This document shows, piece by piece, positions 36,801-48,199 of a stretch of 64,000 bases of DNA. Position 1 is the stretch's first letter, and the number at the start of each line of letters is the position of its first letter. The stretch is taken from contig OZ024743.1 of assembly GCA_964016885.1 (NCBI GenBank), forward strand, positions 140,306,001 through 140,370,000, written 5' to 3'. The DNA comes from Eledone cirrhosa. Its lineage: Eukaryota. Under the pieces are notes generated by a model. That model saw only the letters and a program-made list of their open reading frames with translations. It was not told the origin of the DNA and did no database searches. The position numbers and the translations under genes are program-made.

Positions 36801-39800
36801 TGTTTCCTGTTTGGTCTTTAGTCTTTGGTGCTTCGTGTTCGGTGCTTGGTGCTTGGTATTTGGTGTTTGGTGTTTGGTGCTTGGTGCTTGGTGTTTGGTG
36901 CTTGGTGCTTGGTGTTTGGTGTTTGGTGCTTGGTGCTTGGTGTTTGGTGTTTGCTGTTTGCTGTTTGGTGTTTGTTGTTTGGTGTTTGCTGTTTGGTGTT
37001 TGGTGTTTGCTGTTTGCTGTTTGGTGTCTGCTTTTTGGTGTTTGTTGTTTGCTCTATGGTGTTTGCTGTTTCATGTTTGGTGTTTGCTGTTTGGTGTTTG
37101 GTGTTTGCTGTTTGGTGTTTGGTGCTTGGTGTTTGGTGCTTGGTGCTTGTTGTTTGGTGATTGGTGCTTGGTGCTTGGTGTTTGCTGTTTGGTGCTTGGG
37201 GCTTGGTGTTTGGTGCTGCGTGCTTGGTGCTTGGTGCTTGGTGCTTGGTGTTTGGTGTTTGATGATTGGCGTTTGGTGTTTGGTGTTTGGTGCTTGGTGC
37301 TTGGTGTTTGGTGTGTGATGCTTGCTGCTTGATGCTTGGTGCTTGGTGCTTGGTGTTTGGTGCTTGGTGCTTGGTGTTTGGTGCTTGGTACTTGGTGTTT
37401 GGTGCTTGGTGTTTGCTGTTTGCTGTTTGGTGTTTGGTGTTTGTTGTTTGCTCTATGGTGTTTGCTGTTTCGTGTTTGGTGTTTGCTGTTTGGTGTTTGC
37501 TGTTTGGTGTTTGGTGCTTGGTGTTTGGTGCTTGGTGCTTGGTGTTTGGTGCTAGGTGCTTGGTGTTTGGTGCTTGGTGTTTGGTGTTTGGTGCTTGGTA
37601 CTTGGGGCTTGGTGTTTGGTGCTTGGTGCTTCGTGCTTGGTGTTTGGTGCTTGGTGCCTGGTGCTTGTTGTTTGGTGATTGGTGCTTGGTGTTTGCTGTT
37701 TGGTGCTGCGTGCTTGGTGCTTGGTGCTTGGTGCTTGGTGCTTGGTGTTTTGTGTTTGGTGTTTGATGCTTGGTGTTTGGTGTTTGGTGCTTGATGCTTG
37801 GTGTTTGGTGTTTGATGCTTGGTGCTTGATGTTTGGTGCTTGGTGCTTGGTCTTTGGTGCTTGGTGCTTGGTGTTTGTACTTGGTGTTTGGTGTTTGGTG
37901 TTTGGTGCTTGGTGCTTGGTGTTTGGTGCTTGGTGCTTGGTGTTTGGTGCCTGGTGCTTGGTGCTTGGTGTTTGGTGTTTGGTGCTTGGTGCTTGGTGCT
38001 TGGTGTTAGGTGTTTGGTGCTTCATGCCTGGTGCTTGGTGTTTGGTGATTGGTGCTTGGTGTTTGGTGTTTGGTGCTTCATGCTTGGTGCTTGGTGTTTG
38101 GTGCTTGGTGCTTGGTGTTTGGTGCTTGGTGCCTGGTGCATGGTGTTTGGTGCTTGATGCTTGGTGTTTGGTGTTTGGTGCTTGGTGTTTGGTGCTTGGT
38201 GCTTGGTGCTTGGTGTTAGGTGTTAGGTGTTTGATGCTTGGAGTTTGCTGTTTGGTGTTTGGTGTTTGCTGTTTGGTGTTTGGTCTTTGGTGCTTGGTCT
38301 TTGGTGCTTGGTGTTTGGTGCTTGGTGCTTGGTGTTTGGTGCTTGGTGCCTGGTGCTTGTTGTTTGGTGATTGGTGCTTGGTGTTTCCTATTTGGTGTTT
38401 GGTGTTTGGTGTTTGCTGTTTTGTGTTTAGTGCTTGGTGCTTGGTGCTTGGTGTTTGGTGCTTGGTGCTTGGTGTTTGGTGCATGGTGCTTGATGCTTGG
38501 TGTTTGTACTTGGTGCATGGTGTTTTGTGCTTGATTCTTGGTGTTTGGTGCTTGGTGTTTGGTGCTTAGTGCTTGGTGTTTGGTGTTTGGTGCTTGGTGT
38601 TTGGTGCTTGGTGCTTGGTGCTTGGTGTTTGGTGTTTGGTGCTTCATGCTTGGTGCTTGGTGTTTGGTGCTTGGTGCTTGGTGTTTGGTGCTTGGTGCCT
38701 GGTGCATGGTGTTTGGTGCTTGATGCTTGGTGTTTGGTGTTTGGTGCTTGGTGTTTCGTGCTTGGTGCTTGGTGCTTGGTGTTAGGTGTTAGGTGTTTGG
38801 TGATTGGTGCTTGGTGTTTGGTGCTTGGTGCTTGATGTTTGGTGCTTGGTGCTTGGTGTTTGGTGCTTGGTGTTTGGTGCTTGGTACTTGGGGCTTGGTG
38901 TTTGGTGCTTGGTGCTTGGTGTTTGGTGCTTGGTGATTAGTGTTTGGTGCTTGGTGCTTGGGGTTTGGTGTTTGGTGCTTGGTGCTTGGTGTTTGGTGCT
39001 TGGTGTTTGGTTTTTACTGTTTGGTGTTTGGTGTTTGCTGTTTGCTGTTTGCTGTTTGGTGTCTGCTTTTTGGTGTTTGGTGTTTGCTGTATCGTGTTTG
39101 CTGTTTCGTGTTTATTGTTTGCTGTTTGGTGTTTGGTGTTTGGTGTTTGGTGTTTCCTGTTTGGTGTTTAGTCTTTGGTGATTGGTGCTTGGTGCTTGGT
39201 GTTTGGTGTTTGGCGCTTGGTGCTTGGTGTTTGGTGCTTGGTACTTGTTGTTTGGTGACTGGTGCTTGGTGCTTGGTGTTTGCTGTTTGGTGCTTGGGGC
39301 TTGGTGTTTGGTGCTGCGTGCTTGGTGCTTGGTGCTTGGTGCTTGGTGCTTGGTGTTTGGTGTTTGATGATCGGTGTTTGGTGTTTGGTGTTTGGTGCTT
39401 GGTGCTTGGTGTTTGGTGTTTGATGCTTGCTGCTTGATGCTTGGTGCTTGGTGCTTGGTGTTTGGTGCTTGGTGCTTGATGTTTGGTGCTTGGTACTTGG
39501 TGTTTGGTGCTTGGTGTTTGCTGTTTGCTGTTTGGTGTTTGGTGTTTGTTGTTTGCTGTTTGGTGTCTGCTTTTTGTTGTTTGTTGTTTGCTCTATGGTG
39601 TTTGCTGTTTCATGTTTGGTGTTTGCTGTTTGGTGTTTGGTGTTTGCTGTTTGGTGTTTGGTGCTTGGTGTTTGGTGCTTGGTGCTTGGTGTTTGGTGCT
39701 AGGTGCTTCATGCTTGGTGCTTGGTGTTTGGTGTTTGGTGCTTGGTACTTGGGGCTTGGTGTTTGGTGCTTGGTGCTTCGTGCTTGGTGTTTGATGTTTG

Positions 39801-42800
39801 GTGCTCGGTGCCTGGTGCTTGTTGTTTGGTGATTGGTGCTTGGTGTTTGCTGTTTGGTGCTGCGTGCTTGGTGCTTGGTGCTGGTGCTTGGTGCTTGGTG
39901 TTTTGTGTTTGGTGTTTGATGCTTGGTGTTTGGTGTTTGGTGCTTGGTTCTTGGTGTTTGGTGTTTGATGCTTGGTGCTTGATGCTTGGTGCTTGGTGCT
40001 TGGTGTTTGGTGCTTGTTGCTTGGTGTTTGTACTTGGTGTTTGGTGCTTGGTGTTTGGTGCTTGGTGCTTGGTGTTTGGTGCTTGGTGCTTGGTGCTTGG
40101 TGTTTGGTGTTTGGTGCTTGGTGTTTGGTGCTTGGTGCTTGGTGCTTGGTGTTAGGTGTTTGGTGCTTCATGTCTGGTGCTTGGTGTTTGGTGCTTGGTG
40201 CTTGGTGTTTGGTGCTTGGTGCCTGGTGCATGGTGTTTGTTGCTTGGTGCTTGGTGTTTGGTGTTTGGTGCTTGGTGTTTGGTGCTTGGTGCTTGGTGTT
40301 TGGTGTTTGGTGTTTGGTGCTTGGTGCTTGGTGTTTGGTGCTTGGTGTTTGGTGCTTGGTGCTTGGTGTTTGGTGCTTGGTGCTTGGTGCTTGGTGTTTG
40401 GTGTTTGGTGCTTGGTGTTTGGTGCTTGGTGCTTGGTGCTTGGTGTTTGGTGTTTGGTGCTTGGTGTTTGGTGCTTGGTGCTTGGTGCTTGGTGTTAGGT
40501 GTTTGGTGCTTCATGTCTGGTGCTTGGTGTTTGGTGCTTGGTGCTTGGTGTTTGGTGCTTGGTGCCTGGTGCATGGTGTTTGTTGCTTGGTGCTTGGTGT
40601 TTGGTGTTTGGTGCTTGGTGTTTGGTGCTTGGTGCTTGGTGATTGGTGCTTGGTGTTTGGTGCTTGGTGCTTGGTGTTTGGTGCTAGGTGCTTGGTGCTT
40701 GGTGCTTGGTGTTTGGTGTTTGGTGCTTGGTACTTGGGGCTTTGTATTTGGTGCTTGGTGCTTCGTGTTTGGTGTTTGGTGCTTGGTGCTTGGTGTTTGG
40801 TGCTTGGTGTTTGGTGCTTGGTGCTTGGTGCTGTGTGGTTGGCGTTTGGTGCTTGGTGCTTGGTGCTTGGTGTTTGGTGCTTGGTGTTTGGTGTTTGGTG
40901 CTTGGTGCTTGGTGTTTGGTGCTTGGTGTTTGCTGTTTGCTGTTTGGTGTTTGTTGTTTGGTGTTTGTTGTTTGGTGTTTTCTGTTTGGTGTTTGGTGTT
41001 TGGTGTTTCCTGTTTGGTCTTTAGTCTTTGGTGCTTCGTGTTCGGTGCTTGGTGCTTGGTATTTGGTGTTTGGTGTCTGGTGCTTGGTGCTTGGTGTTTG
41101 GTGCTTGGTGCTTGGTGTTTGGTGTTTGGTGCTTGGTGCTTGGTGTTTGGTGTTTGCTGTTTGCTGTTTGGTGTTTGTTGTTTGGTGTTTGTTGTTTGGT
41201 GTTTTCTGTTTGGTGTTTGGTGTTTGCTGTTTCGTGTCTGCTTTTTGGTGTTTGGTGTTTGCTGTATGTTGTTTGCTGTTTGCTGTTTGGTGTTTGGTGT
41301 TTGGTGTTTGGTGCTTGGTGCTTGGTGTTTGGTGCTTGGTGCTTGGTGTTTGGTGCCTGGTGCTTGGTGCTTGGTGCTTGGTGTTTGGTGTTTGGTGCTT
41401 GGTGCTTGGTGCTTGGTGTTTTGTGTTTGGTGTTTGGTTTTTGGTGCTTGGTCCTTGGTGTTTGGTGCTGGGTGCTTTGTGTTTGGTACTTGGTGCTTGG
41501 TGTTTGGTGTTTGCTGCTTGGTGTTTGATGCTTGGTGCTTGGTGCTTGGTGTTTTGTGTTTGGTGCTTGGTGCTTGGTGTTTGGTGCTTGGTGCTTGGTG
41601 TTTGGTGCCTGGTGCTTGGTGCTTGGTGCTTGGTCCTTGGTGTTTGGTGCTGGGTGCTTGGTGTTTGATGCTTGGTGCTTGGTGTTTGGTGCTTGGTGCT
41701 TGGTGTTTGGTGCTTGGTGCTGGTTGGTTGGTGTTTGGTGCTTGGTGTTTGGTGCTGGGTGCTTGGTGTTTGGTGCTTGGTGCTTGGTCTTTGGTGCTTG
41801 GTGTTTGGTGTTTGGTGCTTGGTGCTTGGTGTTTGGTGCTTGGTGCTTGGTGTTTAGTGCTTGGTGCTTAGTGTTTGGTGCTAGGTGCTTGGGGTTTGGT
41901 GTTTGGTGCTTGGTGTTTGGTGCTTGGTGCTTGGTGTTTGGTGCTTGGTGTTTGGTGTTTGCTGTTTGCTGTTTGGTGTTTGTTGTTTGGTGTTTGTTGT
42001 TTGGTGTTTGCTGTTTGGTGTTTCATGTTTGCTGTTTCGTGTCTGCTTTTTGGTGTTTGGTGTTTGCTGTATGTTGTTTGCTGTTTGGTGTTTGGTGTTT
42101 GGTGTTTGGTGCTTGGTGCTTGGTGTTTGGTGCTTGGTGCTTGGTGTTTGGTGCCTGGTGCTTGGTGCTTGGTGTTTGGTGTTTGGTGTTTGGTGCTTGG
42201 TGTTTTGTGTTTGGTGTTTGGGTTTTGGTGCTTGGTGTTTGGTTCTTGGTTCTTGGTGTTTGGTGTTTGGTATTTGGTGTTTGGTGCTTGTTGCTTGGTG
42301 TTTTGTGCTTGGTGCTTGGTGTTTGGTGCCTGGTGCTTGGTGCTTGGTGCTTGGTGTTTGGTGTTTGGTGCTTGGTGCTTGTTGTTTTGGGTTTGGTGTT
42401 TGGTTTTTGGTGCTTGGTGCTTGGTGCTTGGTCCTTGGTGTTTGGTGCTGGGTGCTTTGTGTTTGGTAATTGGTGCTTGGTGTTTGGTGTTTGCTGCTTG
42501 GTGTTTGATGCTTGGTGCTTGGTGCTTGGTGTTTTGTGTTTGGTGCTTGGTGTTTGGTGCTTGGTGCTTGGTGTTTGTACTTGGTGCTTGGTGCTTGGTG
42601 CTTGGTGTTTGGTGTTTGGTGCTTGGTGTTTGGTGCTTGGTGCTTGGTGCTTGGTGTTAGGTGTTTAGTGCTTGGTGCTTGGTGTTTGGTGCTTGGTGTT
42701 TGCTGTTTGCTGTTTGGTGTTTGGTGTTTGGTGTTTGGTGTTTGCTGTTTGGTGTCTGCTTTTTGGTGTTTAGTGTTTGCTGTATGGTGTTTGCTGTTTC

Positions 42801-44070
42801 GTGTTTGGTGTTTGTTGTTTGGTGTTTGGTCTTTGGTGCTTGGTGCTTGGTGCTTGGTGCTTGGTGCTTGGTGTTTGGTGTTTGGTGCTTAGTGCTTGGT
42901 ATTTGGTGTTTGTTGTTTGGTGCTTGGTGTCTGGTGCTTGGTGTTTGGTGTTTGGTGCTTGGTGTTTGGTGTTCGGTGTTTGGTGCTTGGTGCTTGGTGT
43001 TTGGTGTTCGGTGTTTGGTGCTTGGTGCTTGGTGTTTGGTGTTTGGTGCTTGCTGTTTGGTGTTTGGTGCTTTTTGCTTGGTGCTTGGTGCTTGGTGTTT
43101 GGTGCTTGGTGCTTGGTGTTTGGTGCTGGGTGCTTGGTGCTTGGTGTTTGACTGTTTGGTGCTTGGTGCTTGGTGTTTGGTGTTTGGTGTTATATGCTTG
43201 GTGTTTGATGCTTGGTGCTTGGTGCTTGGTGTTTGGTGTTTGGTGTTTGATGCTTGGTGCTTGGTGCTTGGTGTTTGGTCTTTGGTGCTTGGTGTTTGTA
43301 CTTGGTGCTTGGTGCTTGGTGCTTGGTGTTTGGTGCTTGGTGTTTGGTGCTTGGTGCTTGGTGCTTGGTGCTTGGTGTTTGGTGGTTGGTGTTTGGTGGT
43401 TGGTGTTTGGTGCTTGGTGTTAGGTGTTTGGTGCTTGGTGTTTGGTGTTTGGTGCTTGGTGTTTGGTGCTTGGTACTTGGTGCTTGGTGCTTGGTGTTAG
43501 GTGTTTGGTGCTTGGTGCTTGGTGCTTGGTGCTTGGTGCTTGGTGTTTGGTGGTTGGTGTTTGGTGCTTGGTGTTAGGTGTTTGGTGCTAGATGCTTGGT
43601 GTTTGGTGCTTTTTGCTTGGTGCTTGGTGCTTGGTGTTTGGTGCTTGATGCTTGGTGTTTGGTGCTGGGTGCTTGGTGCTTGGTGTTTGGTGTTTGGTGA
43701 TTGGTGCTTGGTGTTTGGTGTTTGGTGTTATATGCTTGGTGTTTGATGCTTGGTGCTTGGTGCTTGGTGTTTGGTACTTGGTGATTGATGCTTGGTGCTT
43801 GGTGCTTGGTGTTTTGTGCTTGGTGCTTGGTGTTTGGTGCTTGGTGCTTGGTGTTTGGTGCTTGGTGTTTGGTGCTTGGTGTTTGGTGATTGGTGCTTGG
43901 TGCTTGGTGCTTGGTGCTTGGTGTTTGGTGGTTGGTGCTTGGTGCTTGGTGTTAGGTGTTTGGTGCTTGGTGCTTGGTGTTTGGTGTTTGGTGCTTGGTG
44001 TTTGGTGTTTGGTGCTTGGTGTTTGGTGCTTGGTACTTGGTGCTTGGTGCTTGGTGTTAGGTGTTTGGTG
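27200..44070 (+). repeat. Large tandem higher-order repeat, unit about 7.15-7.75 kb, roughly 2.3 copies
   Basis: ORF-track pairs 27775/34924/42661, 29280/36562, 30397/37679, 31630/38940, 32330/39703 and 34124/41875. The 8-bp TTGACTGT monomer occurs near 28255, 35411 and 43148. Confidence 0.88.
40040..40640 (+). repeat. 343-bp (49-monomer) local tandem duplication
   Basis: TAGGTGT-TTGGTGC-TTCATGT-CTGGTGC starts at 40153 and 40496. The homologous blocks near 19.94 and 32.80 kb have a single copy. Confidence 0.85.
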
Positions 44071-47000
44071 CTTGGTGCTTGGTGTCTGGTTTTTGGTGCT
44101 TGGTGCTTGGTGTTTGGTGTTTGGTGCTTGCTGCTGGCTGCTTGGTGTTTGGTGCTTGGTGATTGGTGCTTGGTGTTTGGTGCTTGGTGTTTGGTGTTTG
44201 GTGCTAGGTGCTTGGTGTTTGGTGCTTGGTGCTTGGTGTTTGTACTTGGTGCTTGGTGCTTGGTTCTTGGTGTTTGGTGCTTGGTGCTTGGTGTTTGGTG
44301 CTTGGTGCTTGGTGTTTGGTGCTTGGTGATTGGTGCTTGGTGTTTGGTGCTTGGTGCTTGGTGCTTGGTGTTTGGTGCTTGGTGTTTGGTGCTTGGTGTT
44401 AGGTCTTTGGTGCTTGGTGTTTGGTGTTATATGCTTGGTGTTTGATGCTTGGTGCTTGGTGCTTGGTGTTTGGTGCTTGGTGCTTGATGCTTGGTGCTTG
44501 GTTCTTGGTGTTTGGTGTTTGGTGTTTGGTGTTTGGTGCTTGGTGCTTGGTGTTTGGTGCTTGGTGCTTGGTGTTTGGTGCCTGGTGCTTGGTGCTTGGT
44601 GCTTGGTGTTTGGTGTTTGGTGCTTGGTGCTTGGTGCTTGGTGTTTGGTGTTTGGTGTTTGGTTTTTGGTGCTTGGTCCTTGGTGTTTGGTGCTGGGTGC
44701 TTTGTTTTTGGTACTTGGTGCTTGGTGTTTGGTGTTTGCTGCTTGGTGTTTGATGCTTGGTGCTTGGTGCTTGGTGTTTTGTGTTTGGTGCTTGGTGCTT
44801 GGTGTTTGGTGCTTGGTGCTTGGTGTTTGGTGCCTGGTGCTTGGTGCTTGGTGCTTGGTCCTTGGTGTTTGGTGCTGGGTGCTTGGTGTTTGATGCTTGG
44901 TGCTTGAGTTTGGTGCTTGGTGCTTGGTGTTTGGTGCTTGGTGCTGGTTGGTTGGTGTTTGGTGCTTGGTGTTTGGTGCTGGGTGCTTGGTGTTTGGTGC
45001 TTGGTGCTTGGTCTTTGGTGCTTGGTGTTTGGTGTTTGGTGCTTGGTGCTTGGTGTTTGGTGCTTGGTGCTTGGTGTTTAGTGCTTGGTGCTTAGTGTTT
45101 GGTGCTAGGTGCTTGGGGTTTGGTGTTTGGTACTTGGTGTTTGGTGCTTGGTGCTTGGTGTTTGGTGCTTGGTGTTTGGTGTTTGGTGTTTGCTGTTTGG
45201 TGTTTGTTGTTTGGTGTTTATTGTTTGGTGTTTGCTGTTTGGTGTTTCGTGTTTGCTGTTTCGTGTCTGCTTTTTGGTGTTTGGTGTTTGCTGTATGTTG
45301 TTTGCTGTTTGGTGTTTGGTGTTTGGTGTTTGGTGCTTGGTGCTTGGTGTTTGGTGCTTGGTGCTTGGTGTTTGGTGCCTGGTGCTTGGTGCTTGGTGTT
45401 TGGTGTTTGGTGTTTGGTGCTTGGTGCTTGGTGTTTGGTGTTTGGTATTTGGTGTTTGGTGCTTGTTGCTTGGTGTTTTGTGCTTGGTGCTTGGTGTTTG
45501 GTGCCTGGTGCTTGGTGCTTGGTGCTTGGTGTTTGGTGTTTGGTGCTTGGTGCTTGTTGTTTTGGGTTTGGTGTTTGGGTTTTGGTGCTTGGTGTTTGGT
45601 TCTTGGTTCTTGGTGTTTGGTGTTTGGTATTTGGTGTTTGGTGCTTGTTGCTTGGTGTTTTGTGCTTGGTGCTTGGTGTTTGGTGCCTGGTGCTTGGTGC
45701 TTGGTGCTTGGTGTTTGGTGTTTGGTGCTTGGTGCTTGTTGTTTTGGGTTTGGTGTTTGGTTTTTGGTGATTGGTGCTTGGTGCTTGGTCCTTGGTGTTT
45801 GGTGCTGGGTGCTTTGTGTTTGGTGCTTGGTGCTTGGTGTTTGGTGTTTGCTGCTTGGTGTTTGATGCTTGGTGCTTGGTGCTTGGTGTTTTGTGTTTGG
45901 TGCTTGGTGTTTGGTGCTTGGTGCTTGGTGTTTGTACTTGGTGCTTGGTGCTTGGTGCTTGGTGTTTGGTGTTTGGTGCTTGGTGTTTGGTGCTTGGTGC
46001 TTGGTGCTTGGTGTTAGGTGTTTAGTGCTTGGTGCTTGGTGTTTGGTGCTTGGTGTTTGCTGTTTGCTGTTATGTGTTTGGTGTTTGGTGTTTGGTGTTT
46101 GCTGTTTGGTGTCTGCTTTTTGGTGTTTAGTGTTTGCTGTATGGTGTTTGCTGTTTCGTGTTTGGTGTTTGTTGTTTGGTGTTTGGTCTTTGGTGCTTGG
46201 TGCTTGGTGCTTGGTGCTTGGTGCTTGGTGTTTGGTGTTTGGTGCTTGGTGTTTGGTGTTTGTTGTTTGGTGCTTGGTGTCTGGTGCTTGGTGTTTGGTG
46301 TTTGGTGCTTGGTGTTTGGTGTTCGGTGTTTGGTGCTTGGTGCTTGGTGTTTGGTGTTCGGTGTTTGGTGATTGGTGCTTGGTGTTTGGTGTTTGGTGCT
46401 TGGTGTTTGGTGTTTGGTGCTTTTTGCTTGGTGCTTGGTGCTTGGTGTTTGGTGCTTGGTGCTTGGTGTTTGGTGCTGGGTGCTTGGTGCTTGGTGTTTG
46501 ACTGTTTGGTGCTTGGTGCTTGGTGTTTGGTGTTTGGTGTTATATGCTTGGTGTTTGATGCTTGGTGCTTGGTGCTTGGTGTTTGGTGTTTGGTGTTTGA
46601 TGCTTGGTGCTTGGTGCTTGGTGTTTGGTCTTTGGTGCTTGGTGTTTGTACTTGGTGCTTGGTGCTTGGTGCTTGGTGTTTGGTGCTTGGTGTTTGGTGC
46701 TTGGTGCTTGGTGCTTGGTGCTTGGTGTTTGGTGGTTGGTGTTTGGTGCTTGGTGTTAGGTGTTTGGTGCTTGGTGTTTGGTGTTTGGTGCTTGGTGTTT
46801 GGTGCTTGGTACTTGGTGCTTGGTGCTTGGTGTTAGGTGTTTGGTGCTTGGTGCTTGGTGCTTGGTGTTTGGTGCTTGGTGTTTGGTGCTTGGTGCTTGG
46901 TGCTTGGTGCTTGGTGCTTGGTGTTTGGTGGTTGGTGTTTGGTGCTTGGTGTTAGGTGTTTGGTGCTTGATGCTTGGTGTTTGGTGCTTTTTGCTTGGTG

Positions 47001-47650
47001 CTTGGTGCTTGGTGTTTGGTGCTTGATGCTTGGTGTTTGGTGCTGGATGCTTGGTGCTTGGTGTTTGGTGGTTGGTGCTTGGTGCTTGGTGTTAGGTGTT
47101 TGGTGCTTGGTGCTTGGTGTTTGGTGTTTGGTGCTTGGTGTTTGGTGTTTGGTGCTTGGTGTTTGGTGCTTGGTACTTGGTGCTTGGTGCTTGGTGTTAG
47201 GTGTTTGGTGCTTGGTGCTTGGTGTCTGGTTTTTGGTGCTTGGTGCTTGGTGTTTGGTGTTTGGTGCTTGCTGCTGGCTGCTTGGTGTTTGGTGCTTGGT
47301 GATTGGTGCTTGGTGTTTGGTGCTTGGTGTTTGGTGTTTGGTGCTAGGTGCTTGGTGTTTAGTGCTTGGTGCTTGGTGTTTGTACTTGGTGCTTGGTGCT
47401 TGGTTCTTGGTGTTTGGTGCTTGGTGCTTGGTGTTTGGTGCTTGGTGCTTGGTGTTTGGTGCTTGGTGATTGGTGCTTGGTGTTTGGTGCTTGGTGCTTG
47501 GTGCTTGGTGTTTGGTGCTTGGTGTTTGGTGCTTGGTGTTAGGTCTTTGGTGCTTGGTGTTTGGTGTTATATGCTTGGTGTTTGATGCTTGGTGCTTGGT
47601 GCTTGGTGTTTGGTGCTTGGTGCTTGATGCTTGGTGCTTGGTTCTTGGTG
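41290..47650 (+). repeat. Tandem duplication with about 3.1-3.36 kb period in the transition zone
   Basis: ORF-track pairs 41875/45099, 42512/45869, 42661/46018 and 44330/47470. Confidence 0.82.
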
Positions 47651-48199
47651 TTTGGTGCTTGGTGCTTGGTGTTTGTACTTGGTGCTTGGTGCTTGGTTCT
47701 TGGTGTTTGGTGCTTGGTGCTTGGTGTTTGGTGCTTGGTGCTTGGTGTTTGGTGCTTAGTGTTTGGTGCTTGGTGCTTGGTGCTTGGTGGTTGGTGTTTG
47801 GTGCTTGGTGTTTGGTGCTTGGTGTTTGGTGCTTGGTGTTTGGTGTTTGTTGCTTGGTGCTTGGTGTTTGGTGTTTGGTGCTTGGTGTTTGGTGCTTGGT
47901 GTTTGGTGTTAGGTGTTTGGTGCTTGGTGTTTGGTGTTTGGTGCTTGGTGTTTGGTGCTTGGTGCTTGGTGTTTGGTGCTTGGTACTTGGTGCTTGGTGC
48001 TTGGTGTTAGGTGTTTGGTGCTTGGTGCTTGGTGTTTGGTTTTTGGTGCTTGGTGCTTGGTGTTTGGTGTTTGGTGCTTGCTGCTGGCTGCTTGGTGTTT
48101 GATGCTTGGTGATTGGTGCTTGGTGTTTGGTGCTTGGTGTTTGGTGTTTGGTGCTAGGTGCCTGGTGTTTGGTGCTTGGTGCTTGGTGCTTGGTGTTTG

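Larger units (their letters stand above)
1..42100 (+). repeat. Left variant domain of the satellite (TTCATGC / TGCGTGC / TTCCTGT / doubled TAGGTGT vocabulary)
   Basis: TTCATG, TGCGTGC, TTCCTGT, TTGCTCT-ATGGTGT and TAGGTGT-TAGGTGT recur here. The last doubled TAGGTGT I found is at 38783 and the last TTCATG at about 42022. Confidence 0.75.
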
